Assembly (NCBI GenBank): GCA_046563655.1
Contig: CM102287.1
Coordinates: forward strand, 5,890,001-5,954,000
Direction: 5' to 3'
From: Yuukianura sp. NJ FZ-2021
Lineage: Eukaryota
DNA length: 64,000 nucleotides
The translations under genes and the position numbers were made by a program. The notes under the pieces were generated by a model. It saw only the letters and a program-made list of their open reading frames with translations. It was not told the origin of the DNA and made no database searches. Positions 62,346 to 64,000 of the stretch are shown here, one piece after another (positions within the stretch are counted from its first letter, which is position 1; the number at the start of each line of letters is the position of its first letter).

Positions 62346-62927
62346 ATGTATCGACAGGAAAGAGACCCTCTAAAAGACATTAGGTCAACGTCAACGTCGT
62401 ACCGTAATCGGAATGTCCATGACCTGGTAAGTCTCTGGAGGCTTAGGGCGAATCAACCAAAGCGGAGCTGGAGAGACAAAGGAGAAAACCTGTGGATTTA
62501 CTGTAAGATCAAGTTGATTATCAGATTCAATTTAAAATGATCTGCGAATCAATGTAATATTTCATATTTCTTCGCAGTGGGGCTAATCCTCATGTACTTG
62601 ACGCTAATTGCCATAGTTATTCTTCTGATTGTTCTCTTGCTGCCGAAGCACAAGAAGGAAGATATCTCCGATGTCAAGAAACCGACCACTCCTATACCAA
62701 ACTGTAAGCTCATTGTCCTTTACTCAAATAAAAACGCAGTTTTAATTTGATTGATACGTGTACTAGATGCTGATTCAATTGATCCGCGACGAAGGAACAG
62801 CTTAGAGGTTGGTCCATCACAAGGGCAGGTCATGGATAGGGCACAGCACAACAGCAAATTCCGGGATTTCAGTAAACTTCCAGACGAAGTAGAACAAGAC
62901 TTCTCCAGTCCCCCAGTATCAACGTGA
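62346..62927 (+). CDS. Small single-pass membrane protein of unknown function (~147 aa, 3 exons)
   Basis: Exons 62346-62502, 62578-62703 and 62767-62927 join in frame at GT-AG sites. TM segment LGLILMYLTLIAIVILLIVLLLP followed by KHKK. Confidence 0.6.
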
Positions 62928-62945
62928 GTTAATCTGCTAGATCGC

Positions 62946-63845
62946 CTACTGCACCAATTCTCCGCCGTTTTCTATCCAGTCTACTATCCCCGGATACACG
63001 CTAAAAAGTCAAAATCAAAGATTGAATTAAATCCTGGCTTAGTAACCAATTTATATAGTAGTAGCCAACGTTGAGTTGAGAGCATGAAGTACTAAAATAT
63101 GGGATATTTAGACGGTGCTGACGAGGAAGCAATCAGAAAAATATAAGAACTTCATTTGCACCAAGAAGGAGAGACATACATGACATTCTGGAATCCTGAA
63201 TTCGATAGGGCCATGGCTCCTTTGGCAGCTCGAATTCCTAGTTTGCAATGCACAATCATCGTAGTAGTTGCTCCCGGTTTCTGGAATCCATATGTCTTTT
63301 CGAATTCCTCGTCTGATAGTCGGAAGGCGTCTTCTAATTTTCCGACTACAGAAATTGCAATTCAATCAATTAACAATCAGACTTTCGATACAGCATTTAA
63401 CGTTCTAGCAGAAAACAATGTCTGGATAAGTTGGGTTTACGGGGGATATTTTTGGCGTTTTGGGAGATCTTTCCATCTTTGACCAGTTCCTGAGGTTCTC
63501 GGACATCAATAACAACGGTGGTTGGTTTTGCAAGCTCTCGTTTCACTTGTTGAAAAGTCAGCTGGATTGGCACTCCTATCATAAAATAAAACCACAGGTA
63601 TAATCGATGATACAGTGGGAACTGGGAAGTTTCTTAAGGAATTAATCTACAAATACGTTAATCCGCTTCGCATGCACAAAGGTCAAGTTTCTGCCGATTA
63701 CGTAAATTAACTTACGCAGTTTCGGAGGCACAGCAGCTGCACTGTACAGGTGATATGGCACAGGCAATGTTCTCGTCGCTGATCGTGACGACAAGGTCAA
63801 GGTCACCGGAAGCCGGAAAATTGAGATCAAAAGATTCCGCAGCAT
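62946..63845 (-). CDS. Single-domain rhodanese (TSTD/Hsp67Bb-like), probably mitochondrial
   Basis: Presequence-like exon 1; VIDVREPQE..NIP|LGKLEDAF; active loop HCKLGIRA; last exon VYPGIVDWIENGG. Confidence 0.85.
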
Positions 63846-64000
63846 TTCCGACTCTTTCAAAATTGACGATAAATTAATAAATTAATAAATAAAGTAAAGT
63901 TAATTTAATTAAGAAAGTCAAACAAAATCTAATTGCTTCTCTAATCAACTGAGATTACTCTAATTAATAACAAAATCAATTAAAGATTAAATATGAGATG

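Overview
Gene-dense, AT-rich eukaryotic DNA with many short (~55-110 nt) spliceosomal introns. The gene content suggests a hexapod, plausibly a springtail (inference). No prokaryotic operons, CRISPR arrays or RNA genes were seen. The left part (1-27.6 kb) holds conserved genes: ICA69/ICA1, mitochondrial enoyl-CoA hydratase, the U5 snRNP helicase Brr2, cohesin stromalin/STAG, a GH47 alpha-1,2-mannosidase with two alternative N-termini, and a MADF-BESS factor. The right part (28-64 kb) is a dynamic region. It contains three tandem gustatory-receptor-like genes and an intronless ionotropic-receptor-like gene split by a 2,848-bp non-autonomous TIR transposon (8-bp TSD, nested inverted repeats). 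It continues with a GMC oxidoreductase, a Methuselah-like GPCR and a second GR-like pair whose duplication left a decayed copy of the neighbouring flippase exon 1. The remainder is a frameshifted LAMTOR2, an orphan repeat protein, a divergent P4-ATPase, a WS/DGAT-type acyltransferase, a small membrane protein and a rhodanese. CDS coordinates are start-to-stop spans including introns, and exon joins were inferred by eye. All family assignments come from recalled motifs, not database searches. I found no clear new biological system; the strongest observations are structural and evolutionary.
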